Part shown: positions 45,376 through 54,866 of the stretch, piece after piece
Position numbering within the stretch: the first letter of the stretch is position 1
Layout: each line of letters starts with the position of its first letter
Assembly: GCA_965231065.1 (NCBI GenBank)
Contig: OZ246410.1
Location: forward strand, 193,473-257,472
Source: an uncultured Methanosarcinales archaeon
GTDB taxonomy: Archaea > Nanobdellota > Nanobdellia > Woesearchaeales > UBA10107
Direction: 5' to 3'
Length of the DNA stretch: 64,000 nucleotides
Program-made: the position numbers and the translations under genes
The notes under the pieces: model-generated
Seen by the model: only the letters and a program-made list of their open reading frames with translations
Databases searched by the model: none
Told to the model about the DNA's origin: nothing

Positions 45376-46107
45376 GAGTTTTCTTAAGATAATCGAGAAG
45401 AATATCGCAGACAACACATACGTTCCGAGCCATCCTAATCTCCAGCCAAGCAAGTTCAAAATCTTTTTCTGTTGATAGTTAATTTGGATACTTTTGACAA
45501 TACCATCATTTATTTTTGTAAGTGCAGGAGCATATATTTGTTCATCAGTGATGATCACATCCTTTGTATAACTCTTGTTATTTATCTTCCATTCGAGGAG
45601 ATATTCTCCTGAAACTCCTTTCAGATTCCATGTTACAGCTGGAGTAGCATCTTTCGTAGCGTTATCGATGATGGTAAGACCTTTTGGAACAATTAATTCA
45701 GCAGTTCCTGTGTATTTATCGAAATTAACTGAAACCATGAACGGTGTATTTTCTGTGAGTGGATTGTATGCTAAATTAGCGTTCAACCATCCAAATAATA
45801 TGATGATTGGCAGTAGTGTGATGAACGTCGACTTCATCGAGTGCGAGAACATGACCATCTGCTTATCCATCATCTGCTTATGGATTCCCATCGCTTTCTT
45901 CTGGTCGTGCATACTCGCTTTCGCTTCTTTCTGGAGTTTCGCGATCTGCTCTTTCAGATTCTTCATCAAGAGCTGATCAGTCGTGTATTTGTAGATGATG
46001 ACGGTCAATAAAGCAATACAAAATGAGATTAAGATAACGAACCAGAGTATGCCGATAGAGTGCAGTATTGGTGTAAATACAGGAGTCAGGAACGCACCTA
46101 GAACCAT
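45361..46107 (-). CDS. DUF106-family membrane protein (archaeal Oxa1/YidC-like insertase candidate) with an unusually long extracytoplasmic insertion
   Basis: TM1, Lys/Gln-rich coiled region (LKEQIAKLQKEAKASMHDQKKAM), TM2/TM3; conserved synteny immediately downstream of secY; about 110-aa insert between TM2 and TM3. Confidence 0.5.
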   Translation of the reverse strand: MVLGAFLTPVFTPILHSIGILWFVILISFCIALLTVIIYKYTTDQLLMKNLKEQIAKLQKEAKASMHDQKKAMGIHKQMMDKQMVMFSHSMKSTFITLLPIIILFGWLNANLAYNPLTENTPFMVSVNFDKYTGTAELIVPKGLTIIDNATKDATPAVTWNLKGVSGEYLLEWKINNKSYTKDVIITDEQIYAPALTKINDGIVKSIQINYQQKKILNLLGWRLGWLGTYVLSAIFFSIILRKLLKVY

Positions 46108-47508
46108 TTATTCGCCACCCATGAATTTCCTCATGGCAGGATTCATATCCATCATATGCTGTCGTGCAACATCTTCATAGAGCTTGTAGATGATCATGAC
46201 CGTAAGCAAAAGACCGGTTCCGTTCGTCAATGCGCCAGAGAGGTCTGCAAAGCTTGCCAATAAACCAACTGATAGTGCACCCATAACTGTCAAGGGACCG
46301 ATGTATCTATCTAGAATCGATTCTAAGATCCGTTCATCTCTTCTAAATCCTGGTATCTGCAAACCCGAATTCATGATCTGTTTAGCCTGTGAACGTGCAT
46401 CCATGCCTGATGTCTGTACCCAGAACATACCAAACACAACTGCGCCGGTCATCATAAGGATAACGAACACTAATGCATTCAGATAGGCATGTAATCCAAT
46501 GAAGAGTGTTCCTTGTTTGATGATGGTGCCAATAATATTTGGAGGACTGATGTACGAAACCAATCCTGACGCTGGACTGTTACCGATAAATGTTCCTAGG
46601 ATAGGGAAGCCAGCATTCTGCAGCAATCGTGCCCATAATTGGATATTTGCAAACAATGCTGAAACTAAGATGACGGGAATATTTGATGTATACATGAAGT
46701 TCAGTGGCCATCGGATACCATATCCTCTGACTCTGCCGAAGCTCAATGGCAATTCAACTTTCATCGATTGTGCATAGACCGCTACCATGAAGATAGCAAC
46801 AGTCGCTACGACCGATGATAACATCAGTAGTGCAGTGGTCGGATCACCTGCAAGTAGACTTTGGAATAATGCAGGAATCGCTCCGGTCATAATCTCCGGA
46901 TTACTCGGAGACGGCAGTGGACTCAGTGCTCGTACAAAGATACTCTTCGAGACGCCTGCAGCGATGAATAACGAAAGACCGGAACCAAAGCCCCATTTCG
47001 ATGAAACTTCATCCATGAGCATAATGAGGAATCCTCCTATGAAAAGTTGTGCGACAAGCACTAGCTCAAGGGTAAAGTATAGTGCAGTTCCCTTTAGTTC
47101 AACCGCGGGTGCTAAACCGCCAAAAAATACATAGATGACTCCTTCGAATAAGATGAAAAAGAGCGACAATAGTTTCTGCGTTCCCTGGAACCGCATCTTG
47201 CCTTCATGACTTTGAAGGTCGAACTTGACAATACCTGCACCGTTCAATAATTGCAATACGATCGATGCGGTAACAATAGGACCGATTCCCAATGAGATTA
47301 AAGAACCAAACTCAGCGCCAAGGATTAATGAGAGCAATTCAAATGTCTGCAATGCATTCTGCCCCAGACCATACAAAGGAATGACCTGCAGTAAGAAAAA
47401 GATGATTAGAATCGATAACGTCCACATCAATTTTGTCTTGAACGTCAGCCGTTCCTTCGGCTTTGCCACTTCAGGCAGGTTTTCTAGCAGTTTGTCGTAA
47501 AAAGACAT
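46108..47508 (-). CDS. secY: Preprotein translocase SecY
   Basis: 466 aa, 10-TM SecY/Sec61-alpha pattern; canonical position after L15. Confidence 0.93.
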   Translation of the reverse strand: MSFYDKLLENLPEVAKPKERLTFKTKLMWTLSILIIFFLLQVIPLYGLGQNALQTFELLSLILGAEFGSLISLGIGPIVTASIVLQLLNGAGIVKFDLQSHEGKMRFQGTQKLLSLFFILFEGVIYVFFGGLAPAVELKGTALYFTLELVLVAQLFIGGFLIMLMDEVSSKWGFGSGLSLFIAAGVSKSIFVRALSPLPSPSNPEIMTGAIPALFQSLLAGDPTTALLMLSSVVATVAIFMVAVYAQSMKVELPLSFGRVRGYGIRWPLNFMYTSNIPVILVSALFANIQLWARLLQNAGFPILGTFIGNSPASGLVSYISPPNIIGTIIKQGTLFIGLHAYLNALVFVILMMTGAVVFGMFWVQTSGMDARSQAKQIMNSGLQIPGFRRDERILESILDRYIGPLTVMGALSVGLLASFADLSGALTNGTGLLLTVMIIYKLYEDVARQHMMDMNPAMRKFMGGE

Positions 47509-47518
47509 TGTCCCCTTT

Positions 47519-47953
47519 TTATTCAGTCTTATCCGCAGTGACCGTACCGCCTGCTGCAGATATTTTCTTCACAGCCCGTTCTGTTGCAGAACTGACTGTT
47601 ATAGTGATAGGATACTTTATCGTTCCTTTGCTTAAAAGCTTTGTGTAACCAAGCGCAGTAAGATTGATATCATACGCTGTTCCTTTCTTCTCAAATTTCC
47701 TGTGTTCGATCATCAGTTCAATATCACCGACATTGATAGGATTATGTTTTGTGGTGCTTCTTGATATGAAGCCGATCTTATGGAATCTGCCGTACTTCCA
47801 CATACTTGGTTTTTTAGTATCTGATCGTTTACCAGAACCTGCATTGCCTTTACCACCGCGGCTACCTGAGCCTCGTCTTTTCTTCTTCTCGCCCCATCCA
47901 TGAGTATGGTGGCCTCGCATTCTGCTGTCTTTTGTTCGTTTTCGTGTTGGCAT
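47519..47953 (-). CDS. rpl15: Ribosomal protein uL15
   Basis: GGKGNAGSGKR glycine-rich loop; position between L30 and secY. Confidence 0.9.
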   Translation of the reverse strand: MPTRKRTKDSRMRGHHTHGWGEKKKRRGSGSRGGKGNAGSGKRSDTKKPSMWKYGRFHKIGFISRSTTKHNPINVGDIELMIEHRKFEKKGTAYDINLTALGYTKLLSKGTIKYPITITVSSATERAVKKISAAGGTVTADKTE

Positions 47954-47954
47954 A

Positions 47955-48314
47955 TTAGATCATCCGTTTTATCAAGTCATTAATCGCATCTCCTCGATTT
48001 CCGAGACCACCGCCTGAGGTAAACTCTTTTTTGATGCCTTTTCGTCCGTATCCTTTTCTCGGACTGTTAAGATTATAATGTTTTGCCTCTCCTTTTTTGC
48101 TATGCAGGAGCTTGATAGTCTCTTCTGAGATCTCACCAAACGTGACATAGTTCTTGATCTTGTTGATCATGCCAATGATACTTGGCGTTCCGCTGACAAT
48201 GACACAGACATTTCTTTTTCGCAAATTCAGCATACTGAGTGTATCTTTGATATCAGGATGAAGACCTTTCAATCCTCTGATCAAGATTATTGCTATTTTC
48301 TTTTCGTTTGCCAT
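47955..48314 (-). CDS. rpl30: Ribosomal protein uL30 (ORF-track start at 48338 would overlap S5; internal start MANEKK at 48314 more likely)
   Basis: IAIILIRGLKGLHPDIKDTLSMLNLRKRNVCVI is the L30 ferredoxin-like core. Confidence 0.85.
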   Translation of the reverse strand: MANEKKIAIILIRGLKGLHPDIKDTLSMLNLRKRNVCVIVSGTPSIIGMINKIKNYVTFGEISEETIKLLHSKKGEAKHYNLNSPRKGYGRKGIKKEFTSGGGLGNRGDAINDLIKRMI

Positions 48315-48315
48315 T

Positions 48316-49104
48316 TTATTCCTTGAGTTTGTTTCCATCTAAGATACCGAGATCTCCGGTGTATTTATCCTGAACTTTGACCATTGATAGCATCTTCAGC
48401 GCTTTTTCGCATGCTTTGATGAGATTGATCTTGCTGGTTGTCTTGCCGAATGTCCTTGACCAGACATCCTTGATGCCTGCCAGTGCAAGTATCTTCTGAC
48501 ATTCCTTCTCTACTTTCAATCCTGTTCCCTTCGGAGCTGGTCGTAATATGATTTCACAAGAGCTGACTTTGCCGCTGACTTCATAGGGGATACTGTGCGG
48601 TGTCTTACAGTTGCATTGCCATGAACCGCATCCTCTGCGAAGTCGCATCAGGCCTAATTTTGCATTGCGCAATGATTTTTCTCGTGCTGGAACTGTTTCC
48701 TTGCTCTTGCCGTATCCAATGCCGACAAAACCGTTCTTGTTTCCGATAATTGCGTATGTTGCGAATTTCGGCTTATTACCTTCCTGTGTCTTCTTTTGGG
48801 TCTGTTTGAATGCTTTTCGTTTACCGCCACCGAATTTACCTTTTGACTGACCGACCAGCAAGAGATCAGATTGCGGATTATCTAACAATGCATCGACGAT
48901 CTGTGATTCCTTGATCTTGAGTCCTTTGTCGAATATCATGTTGAGATCATTCACTTCACCACTCTTGACTTTTCTGCCTAATTCAGTGATCGGTTTCCAG
49001 CCTGAGATCTCTTCCTTTGTCTTTTCGATGACTGCTTCGTCGATAGGAACGACAACTTCTGCAGCCACTACTTCTTCTGGTTTTGGTATTTGTTCGTCGC
49101 TCAT
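48316..49104 (-). CDS. rps5: Ribosomal protein uS5 with N-terminal extension
   Basis: dsRBD-like and S5 C-terminal domain (GRKRAFKQTQ..., GTGLKVEKECQKILALAGIKDVWSRTFG). Confidence 0.9.
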   Translation of the reverse strand: MSDEQIPKPEEVVAAEVVVPIDEAVIEKTKEEISGWKPITELGRKVKSGEVNDLNMIFDKGLKIKESQIVDALLDNPQSDLLLVGQSKGKFGGGKRKAFKQTQKKTQEGNKPKFATYAIIGNKNGFVGIGYGKSKETVPAREKSLRNAKLGLMRLRRGCGSWQCNCKTPHSIPYEVSGKVSSCEIILRPAPKGTGLKVEKECQKILALAGIKDVWSRTFGKTTSKINLIKACEKALKMLSMVKVQDKYTGDLGILDGNKLKE

Positions 49105-49613
49105 TTCTTACCTTTTATTTTTGTCAGAAGCTCATCAAACTGCTTCTTGACATCTATTTTTTTATAATCAGCAATATGTTTTCCGTGAATACGATCTTCT
49201 TTCGGCATGACCACTGGATCATGGGAAACTTGTAATCCTGCGTCGACAGCACCCTTGAGCACTGCATACAACTTTGATCCTTTGATTGGTCTATATAACC
49301 CAAGATCCAATATCGCTTCATTGATCTTTGCCTGTTTTGCCTTGTTTCCTGCAAGATAACCGACTAAATACGCAGCTGGTGTATTGTTTCCTGACAGTTT
49401 CCAGCCAAGTTTCTTAAGATCATGTGATGTTGCACTTGCCACGATCTTATCTCCCTGTGGTTCGTATAAGATGATCTGAGTGATAATGTGTTTCAAAGAT
49501 CTTCGTACGACAAAGCGCGGCATACGCGAGGTAAGCATAGCTATTCGTTTCTTGTAATTTGTCTTGCCTGATCGTTTCCTTCTGAATGGTATTACTTGTC
49601 GCTTGTTCTTCAT
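49101..49613 (-). CDS. rpl18: Ribosomal protein uL18
   Basis: L18P/L5e family core (RFVVRRSLKHIITQII...AAYLVGYLAGNKA). Confidence 0.88.
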   Translation of the reverse strand: MKNKRQVIPFRRKRSGKTNYKKRIAMLTSRMPRFVVRRSLKHIITQIILYEPQGDKIVASATSHDLKKLGWKLSGNNTPAAYLVGYLAGNKAKQAKINEAILDLGLYRPIKGSKLYAVLKGAVDAGLQVSHDPVVMPKEDRIHGKHIADYKKIDVKKQFDELLTKIKGKK

Positions 49614-49616
49614 GGT

Positions 49617-50045
49617 TTATGCCTTCAGTATTCCCTTCTCTTCTAAGTAGAGTGATATGTGTCGTTTGCTTCTGAAAAATCCGCCCTTGACCTTTCGGTA
49701 GAGGTCGCGGTATAGTTCATGATTGATCTTATTGGATGCTTCCAGTGATCTGACGAATCTTCGCTGTAACCGCACTTTGTTGACCCAAAGCCGCTTTCTG
49801 GTATCACCGCGCGAGCTTGCGACTCCTTTTCTGCTTCCGGTTCCTGTTGATCGTCCTGATTCCTTGACTCTTCCTCGTGAAACGCCTTTCTTCGGGACTT
49901 CTATGATGCTTCCAAGGCTAATGAGTCGTTTGATGTCACTGGTTGTGATCGCTTCCTTGATCTCATCCAACTTAGTCTCGTCAAGCAGTACTCTTCGTGG
50001 TGAGCATCCTAATATCTGCCCTGCAAGTCGTTTTTGTAGTTTCAT
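49617..50045 (-). CDS. rpl19e: Ribosomal protein L19e
   Basis: MKLQKRLAGQILGCSPRRVLLDETKLDEI is the L19e N-terminus. Confidence 0.88.
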   Translation of the reverse strand: MKLQKRLAGQILGCSPRRVLLDETKLDEIKEAITTSDIKRLISLGSIIEVPKKGVSRGRVKESGRSTGTGSRKGVASSRGDTRKRLWVNKVRLQRRFVRSLEASNKINHELYRDLYRKVKGGFFRSKRHISLYLEEKGILKA

Positions 50046-50614
50046 TTTTGAGCCTTCGTCAAGAGTTTATCCTTTTCCTGTTTCTCATGAACCTGCTTCT
50101 CTTCAGCAGTCAGTTCTTCTTTCTTCTGTCCCTTTTGCTCTTTCTTTGATTTCTTCGCTGTTCGTTCAGCATGAATCGCTTTCTTCTGTTCTTTTCTCTT
50201 CTTGAATGATTCCTGCAGCTTGCTTGCATGGTCTGCCTTGAGATTCAGGATGCTGATGCCGTGTTTCTGCAACTCTTGGATAATGAGCAATCTCTTTCGA
50301 TTACCGACATTCTTGCCGATGATAGCACCATGATGCGCCTTGTTCAGCAATGAAATATGATTCAATGAATTGATCACGACCGGTATCAGACCTGACTGAT
50401 GCAATCCTCGTACTAATCTATTTGTCCTGAAACCGGGCTTGACCTTTTTCGGATGACCAGCAAACTGATGTCTCAGCTTTGTGTGACGACCATCTGGTTT
50501 TCTCCACTTATCATTAATTCGTTTTCGGTCACCGTAGCCTGCTCTGATGAATTTCGGTTTCCTTCGCTTCGCGATTTTCCTGATTGCCAATAATTGTTTT
50601 ATGTCTGCTGCCAT
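50042..50614 (-). CDS. rpl32e: Ribosomal protein L32e (start probably MAADIKQ at 50614; C-terminal Lys-rich extension)
   Basis: RRKPKFIRAGYGDRKRINDKWRKPDGRHTKLRH...GFRTN is the L32e signature; the longer ORF-track start would overlap L6. Confidence 0.85.
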   Translation of the reverse strand: MAADIKQLLAIRKIAKRRKPKFIRAGYGDRKRINDKWRKPDGRHTKLRHQFAGHPKKVKPGFRTNRLVRGLHQSGLIPVVINSLNHISLLNKAHHGAIIGKNVGNRKRLLIIQELQKHGISILNLKADHASKLQESFKKRKEQKKAIHAERTAKKSKKEQKGQKKEELTAEEKQVHEKQEKDKLLTKAQK

Positions 50615-50615
50615 G

Positions 50616-51161
50616 TTAGATTGCCTTTCCGTTCCTCTCAATAAGGAATATTCCATCCTGGAATGCTCTTCGATCTTTATTCGTGATCCGACATAACTGC
50701 TCGATCCGTGATGCCGCTTCACCGACTTTTTCGACATCAGCTCCTGTGATTGTGATCTTGTCTCCTTGTATCTTCAATTGTACGTCTTTTGACAGTTCTA
50801 TTTTTCGTGGAATCTTCTCACCAAAAAAGTTCTTCACTACCAATACCGCTCCTTCCATCGCGACTTGTATAGGGAAGTGACTTGCACAAATCTTTAGTTT
50901 GTATTCATTATTATCCTTTACTCCCGCGATGATGTTTCTGATGTGAGATCGCATTGTCGCAACCATGCGTTTTTGTTTCTTTGAAGCGTCCTTCGCTGAG
51001 ACGATGACCTTTGTTCCTTCTGTCTTGATATTAATCTTGAGATCACTCCAGGTCCGCTTTGCCTCTCCAAACTTTCCTTTCGCAACAACCGTATTCTTAT
51101 CTATCGCGATGGTAACTCCTTCTGGAATCTCGACTGATTGTTTTAATTCTGCAAGTCTCAT
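50616..51161 (-). CDS. rpl6: Ribosomal protein uL6
   Basis: Two-domain L6 pattern (VEIPEGVTIAIDKNTVVAKGKFGEAKRTW...). Confidence 0.9.
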   Translation of the reverse strand: MRLAELKQSVEIPEGVTIAIDKNTVVAKGKFGEAKRTWSDLKINIKTEGTKVIVSAKDASKKQKRMVATMRSHIRNIIAGVKDNNEYKLKICASHFPIQVAMEGAVLVVKNFFGEKIPRKIELSKDVQLKIQGDKITITGADVEKVGEAASRIEQLCRITNKDRRAFQDGIFLIERNGKAI

Positions 51162-51163
51162 GA

Positions 51164-51553
51164 TTAGTAGCAGTATGCTAAGAGCTTTCCTCCTAATTTC
51201 TTTTCCTTTGCTTGAATGTGTGTCATGATGCCTTTATTGGTTGTGACGATGATAATGCCGAAATCCTTTGCCGGTAAAAATCGCTTCTCGAATTTCTCGT
51301 ATTCACCAAGGGTGACCGAAAAGCGAGGCTTGATCGCACCGCATTTATTGATCTTGCCGAGTAGTTCTACCTGTAATCTACTTCCTTTGCTGTCCTTGTG
51401 CTCTTTCGCAGCACCGATATAGCCGTTCTTGTGCATCGCTGCAAGGACTTCCTTGATGATCTTGGACATCGGGAATAAGACTACTTCGGTCCTGCTGATC
51501 TTTTCAGAATTCATAATATCTGAAAGCGCCGCTGCGAGTGTATCGTTCATCAT
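51164..51553 (-). CDS. rps8: Ribosomal protein uS8
   Basis: MNDTLAAALSDIMNSEKISRTEV N-terminus and C-terminal S8 fold. Confidence 0.9.
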   Translation of the reverse strand: MMNDTLAAALSDIMNSEKISRTEVVLFPMSKIIKEVLAAMHKNGYIGAAKEHKDSKGSRLQVELLGKINKCGAIKPRFSVTLGEYEKFEKRFLPAKDFGIIIVTTNKGIMTHIQAKEKKLGGKLLAYCY

Positions 51554-51566
51554 TGTGTTTTGTTCC

Positions 51567-51764
51567 TCAACTGAATTTCTTGAATCCTAATTTCTGGGCA
51601 TAATCTCTGAAGCAATGCCTGCATAGGTTCAAGCCATATTTTCCTACATGTCCGCCGACGCGAAGGCAGATACTGCATTTCTTTGTTGATGCGCCGCAGT
51701 TTCGTTCTTTTGGGACATTATGCTTGTTATATTTCTTGATCTTTCCGGGTTTTCCCTTGATCAT
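51567..51764 (-). CDS. rps14: Ribosomal protein uS14 (zinc-binding type)
   Basis: CGASTKKCSICLRVGGHVGKYGLNLCRHCFRDYAQKLGFKK with C4 zinc motif; start likely MIKGKPGK. Confidence 0.85.
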   Translation of the reverse strand: MIKGKPGKIKKYNKHNVPKERNCGASTKKCSICLRVGGHVGKYGLNLCRHCFRDYAQKLGFKKFS

Positions 51765-51793
51765 GTTCAATATTTTTCGATAGTCACTTACGG

Positions 51794-52315
51794 TCATTCT
51801 TGTTCACCTATCTTTACTTTGAATGCTTGTCTCATGAATTCCATCGCATCGTTCCTGGTGATTTTGTGTCGTAATGGTATTTTCTTGGTCTGGATCTTTC
51901 GTTTCTTGATTCTGAATCCCGGTCGTTCTAAAGTGATGCAGACTTCAAATCCGATGATACCGATTTCTGGATCATATTTGACTGAAGGAATATCAATGTA
52001 CTCGTGGATGCCGAATGCGACATTGCCATTATCATCAAACTGTTTCTCGACCAATACATTATTCTTTGCCTGAAGTAATCGCGCCAAGACTTCCTGTGCC
52101 TGTTTTCTTCGAAGCGTTATCTTACAGCCGATCGGCAATCCTGGTCGCAGTCCCCATGCAGGGATTCTTTTCTGCGTGATTGTCTTCACTGGCTCGATGC
52201 CAGTGATATTCTTGAGTAGCTTGACTCCTTTATCGAGGAGCGCAGTATTCTTTCCTGCTCCTATATTGAGAGTAACCTTCTCTATCCGTATATTTCTTGA
52301 TACGTTTTGTTTCAT
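51794..52315 (-). CDS. rpl5: Ribosomal protein uL5 (start likely MKQNVSR at 52315)
   Basis: IRIEKVTLNIGAGKN...L5 core; the upstream in-frame extension would overlap S4e. Confidence 0.88.
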   Translation of the reverse strand: MKQNVSRNIRIEKVTLNIGAGKNTALLDKGVKLLKNITGIEPVKTITQKRIPAWGLRPGLPIGCKITLRRKQAQEVLARLLQAKNNVLVEKQFDDNGNVAFGIHEYIDIPSVKYDPEIGIIGFEVCITLERPGFRIKKRKIQTKKIPLRHKITRNDAMEFMRQAFKVKIGEQE

Positions 52316-52316
52316 T

Positions 52317-53006
52317 TTAGTGTAGTGTGACTGCTGGTTTATTCTTGCCGATGACAAAGCAGTAGTCTGTCTTTGTCTCGATAGTTTCTTTTTCTGATTT
52401 GATCGTGATAGTATTTCCTTTGATCTCTTCGATCGTGCCTGTCTTGCCAAGACCCTTGCCGCCAGTCAGCAAGACTAATGCACCTTTCTCGAACTTGAAG
52501 TGATTTAGGATCTTCTGGTCAGGAACACTGATGATGACGCTGTCTCTTGATTGGTACTCTTTCTTGTCAACCAATACTGTCCTGCCATCTGATAATCGTA
52601 ATTGTGTCTTTCCTTGGTACTGTCCTTTGCCGTTGATCTTGCAGAGTTTTTCTTTTGCTTCCTTCTCATCTACTTTAACCAATGTCAATTTTCTGAACTT
52701 ATTCAGTGAGATCCGGTAACTTTCCTTGAGATCCGGTATTGATATGATATCCATCAGACCGATCATGAATCTATGGTCTTTTCTTCGCACGCCGTCAACT
52801 AACACAGTCTTGTTTGAAAGTATCTGCTTGACTTCTCGAGTAGTATTACCGTAGTGCAAAATCTCTCTGAATGCGAGGACCAAGGGCATGCCTTCTGCCA
52901 ATGAATGTGTTCCTGGTCGCGGTCGAGCTACCCATGCGACTCCTTTTTTCTGCTTAACAGTCCAGGTTGTCGGCATCGCCAATCGTTTCATGTGATTCTT
53001 TACCAT
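52317..53006 (-). CDS. rps4e: Ribosomal protein S4e
   Basis: MVKNHMKRLAMPTTWTVKQKK N-terminus and KOW-containing S4e architecture. Confidence 0.9.
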   Translation of the reverse strand: MVKNHMKRLAMPTTWTVKQKKGVAWVARPRPGTHSLAEGMPLVLAFREILHYGNTTREVKQILSNKTVLVDGVRRKDHRFMIGLMDIISIPDLKESYRISLNKFRKLTLVKVDEKEAKEKLCKINGKGQYQGKTQLRLSDGRTVLVDKKEYQSRDSVIISVPDQKILNHFKFEKGALVLLTGGKGLGKTGTIEEIKGNTITIKSEKETIETKTDYCFVIGKNKPAVTLH

Positions 53007-53007
53007 T

Positions 53008-53400
53008 TTATTTTGATTTTCCTCTTCGTTCCAGTATCATTTTTCTTCGTTTGTCATCAAGCACCAGTTCGTGTAGTATGACTTTTGAAGGATTGATCGG
53101 GTAGAGTGACTTCGTTCCATCTGTCTTGGTACGGTCGGTTCCCTCGATGAATATCTTCTGCTTCTTTGTGTTCACTGCACTGATCTTGCCGATGTGTCCT
53201 GCGTAACTGCCACGGACAATCTTTACCTTATCGCCTGTTCTCACTGAGAGACTTCTGGTCTTGTATTTTGCAGTTAGTTCCTCTGATAATCGTGCAGCCA
53301 TGAATTTTCTTTTTGTATGTAACGGAGCGTTCGCTCTGAATTTGATCTGCTTTCTCGGTTGCGTGCTTCTCTTCCATGAATTAACGAATTCTTTTTCCAT
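53008..53400 (-). CDS. rpl24: Ribosomal protein uL24 (KOW)
   Basis: KVRTGDKVKIVRGSYAGHIGKI KOW motif. Confidence 0.88.
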   Translation of the reverse strand: MEKEFVNSWKRSTQPRKQIKFRANAPLHTKRKFMAARLSEELTAKYKTRSLSVRTGDKVKIVRGSYAGHIGKISAVNTKKQKIFIEGTDRTKTDGTKSLYPINPSKVILHELVLDDKRRKMILERRGKSK

Positions 53401-53401
53401 A

Positions 53402-53803
53402 TTACAAGATTATCCTCGCTACTTTCTGGATTCCGGGCCATCGCTCTGCTGCTTCTTTCGCGATCGGTCCTTTGAAGATCGTTCCTTTCGGGTTTCCTTT
53501 CTCGTCTTTGAGTATAACGACTGCATTATCCTCGAATTTGATTCTGGTACCGTCTGGTCTTCGGTATTCTTTCTTCTGACGTACGATTGTCGCATAGGTG
53601 ACAGTCTTTCGCATCTCTGGCGTACCTTTCTTGACTGCCACCAGGATCAAGTCACCGATGCCGCAGCTTGGTTTCTGACCCTTTCTTGTTTTCTTATTGA
53701 TGACTGAAACAATCCTGACTATTTTCGCTCCTGAGTTATCGCAGGTCTCAATCTCTGAACCATGATTGAATCCCCGTGTGATTGTTGCTTTTACTGATTG
53801 CAT
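53402..53803 (-). CDS. rpl14: Ribosomal protein uL14
   Basis: 133 aa L14 beta-barrel consensus (ITRGFNHGSEIETCDNSGAK...). Confidence 0.9.
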   Translation of the reverse strand: MQSVKATITRGFNHGSEIETCDNSGAKIVRIVSVINKKTRKGQKPSCGIGDLILVAVKKGTPEMRKTVTYATIVRQKKEYRRPDGTRIKFEDNAVVILKDEKGNPKGTIFKGPIAKEAAERWPGIQKVARIIL

Positions 53804-53804
53804 T

Positions 53805-54128
53805 TTATGCTACCTTCTCGATTACGACGAAATGTTTTGTCTTACTGATCGGTCTGCACTGCATGATCCTGACCTTATCGCCTTTCTTCACCGTCAGGCA
53901 TTCAGGATTGTGCGCTTTGACTTTTGATCGCTGTGTCTCGTATCGCTCGTATTTTGGAACATAGGTTGTTCGGTCCCATGATACTGAAACTGATTTTGAC
54001 ATCCTGTCTGATACGACAGTGCCGATGAATATTCTACCATGAACGCTCAAGCTACCATGGAATGGGCAATGATCATCATTGCATGCCTTTTCTGGCGCTT
54101 TCACATCAATTCCTATGTTTGTTTTCAT
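53805..54128 (-). CDS. rps17: Ribosomal protein uS17
   Basis: OB-fold S17 pattern; GTVVSDRMSKSVSVSWDRT... Confidence 0.88.
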   Translation of the reverse strand: MKTNIGIDVKAPEKACNDDHCPFHGSLSVHGRIFIGTVVSDRMSKSVSVSWDRTTYVPKYERYETQRSKVKAHNPECLTVKKGDKVRIMQCRPISKTKHFVVIEKVA

Positions 54129-54355
54129 GTTTTGATTCTCTCTTCTGTTCTTTTTGCGATATCTGTACCGGATATCTTTTTCCCGTCAATCTCAAAGACA
54201 CATTGGTCCTTGACGATCTTCTTTACCGTTCCATCGATTTCGATGGAAAGGATGTTCTTGGTCTCATCGATGACCGTACCTTTCATCCCGACGAGGGACT
54301 TGTTTTTTGATTCGATGATTGTGATTGTCTTACCGATGAGTTCTTCTTTGATCAT
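54125..54355 (-). CDS. rnp1: RNase P protein component 1 (Rpp29/Pop4 homolog)
   Basis: 76 aa Sm-like LIGKTITIIESKNKSLVGMKGTVIDETKNILSIE; conserved archaeal position between S17 and SUI1. Confidence 0.75.
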   Translation of the reverse strand: MIKEELIGKTITIIESKNKSLVGMKGTVIDETKNILSIEIDGTVKKIVKDQCVFEIDGKKISGTDIAKRTEERIKT

Positions 54356-54660
54356 TTGATCTCGATGGTCTCCGGGCTGAATCCCGCTTCGACCAAGGCT
54401 GCCATGACCTTCTGCTTGTGGTTTCCCTGCAGTTCGATTCGTTCTTCAACGATCGAGCCACCGCACGCAAGCTTGTTCTTCAGCTTCTTGATGAGATCTC
54501 TCATATCGATCTGTTTGTCTCCTATGCCGTCGATGATGGTGACCACCTTACCGAATTTCTTTTCAGTGGTGTACACCTTTATCTTCTGACTTTCCTTTGC
54601 GATTGATTCACAAACGCAAAGTTCTTTTGGTAGACCGCAGGTTTGGCAAACTTCGCTCAT
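54352..54660 (-). CDS. Translation initiation factor SUI1 (aIF1)
   Basis: 102 aa; N-terminal CQTCGLPKELCVC zinc knuckle and SUI1 fold (KFGKVVTIIDGI...ACGGSIVE...IELQGNH). Confidence 0.85.
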   Translation of the reverse strand: MSEVCQTCGLPKELCVCESIAKESQKIKVYTTEKKFGKVVTIIDGIGDKQIDMRDLIKKLKNKLACGGSIVEERIELQGNHKQKVMAALVEAGFSPETIEIK

Positions 54661-54866
54661 TCGTTTTTTGCCGACCTCGTCTTATCTTTATTCATGAGTG
54701 TCATAATGCGTGCGATATTCTTCTTCGCCTGTTTGATCAAGCCCGGGCTCTTCATTGCCGTGCCAGTTGATGCCTGTGCATTTAATTTTATCAATTCTTT
54801 TCTGAATTCAGCCAATTTATTCTGATATTCTCCCTTGTCCAGGTCCATGACTTCCTTCCGTTTCAC
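54657..54866 (-). CDS. rpl29: Ribosomal protein uL29
   Basis: 69 aa helical L29 consensus (LAEFRKELIKLNAQASTG). Confidence 0.85.
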   Translation of the reverse strand: MKRKEVMDLDKGEYQNKLAEFRKELIKLNAQASTGTAMKSPGLIKQAKKNIARIMTLMNKDKTRSAKNE

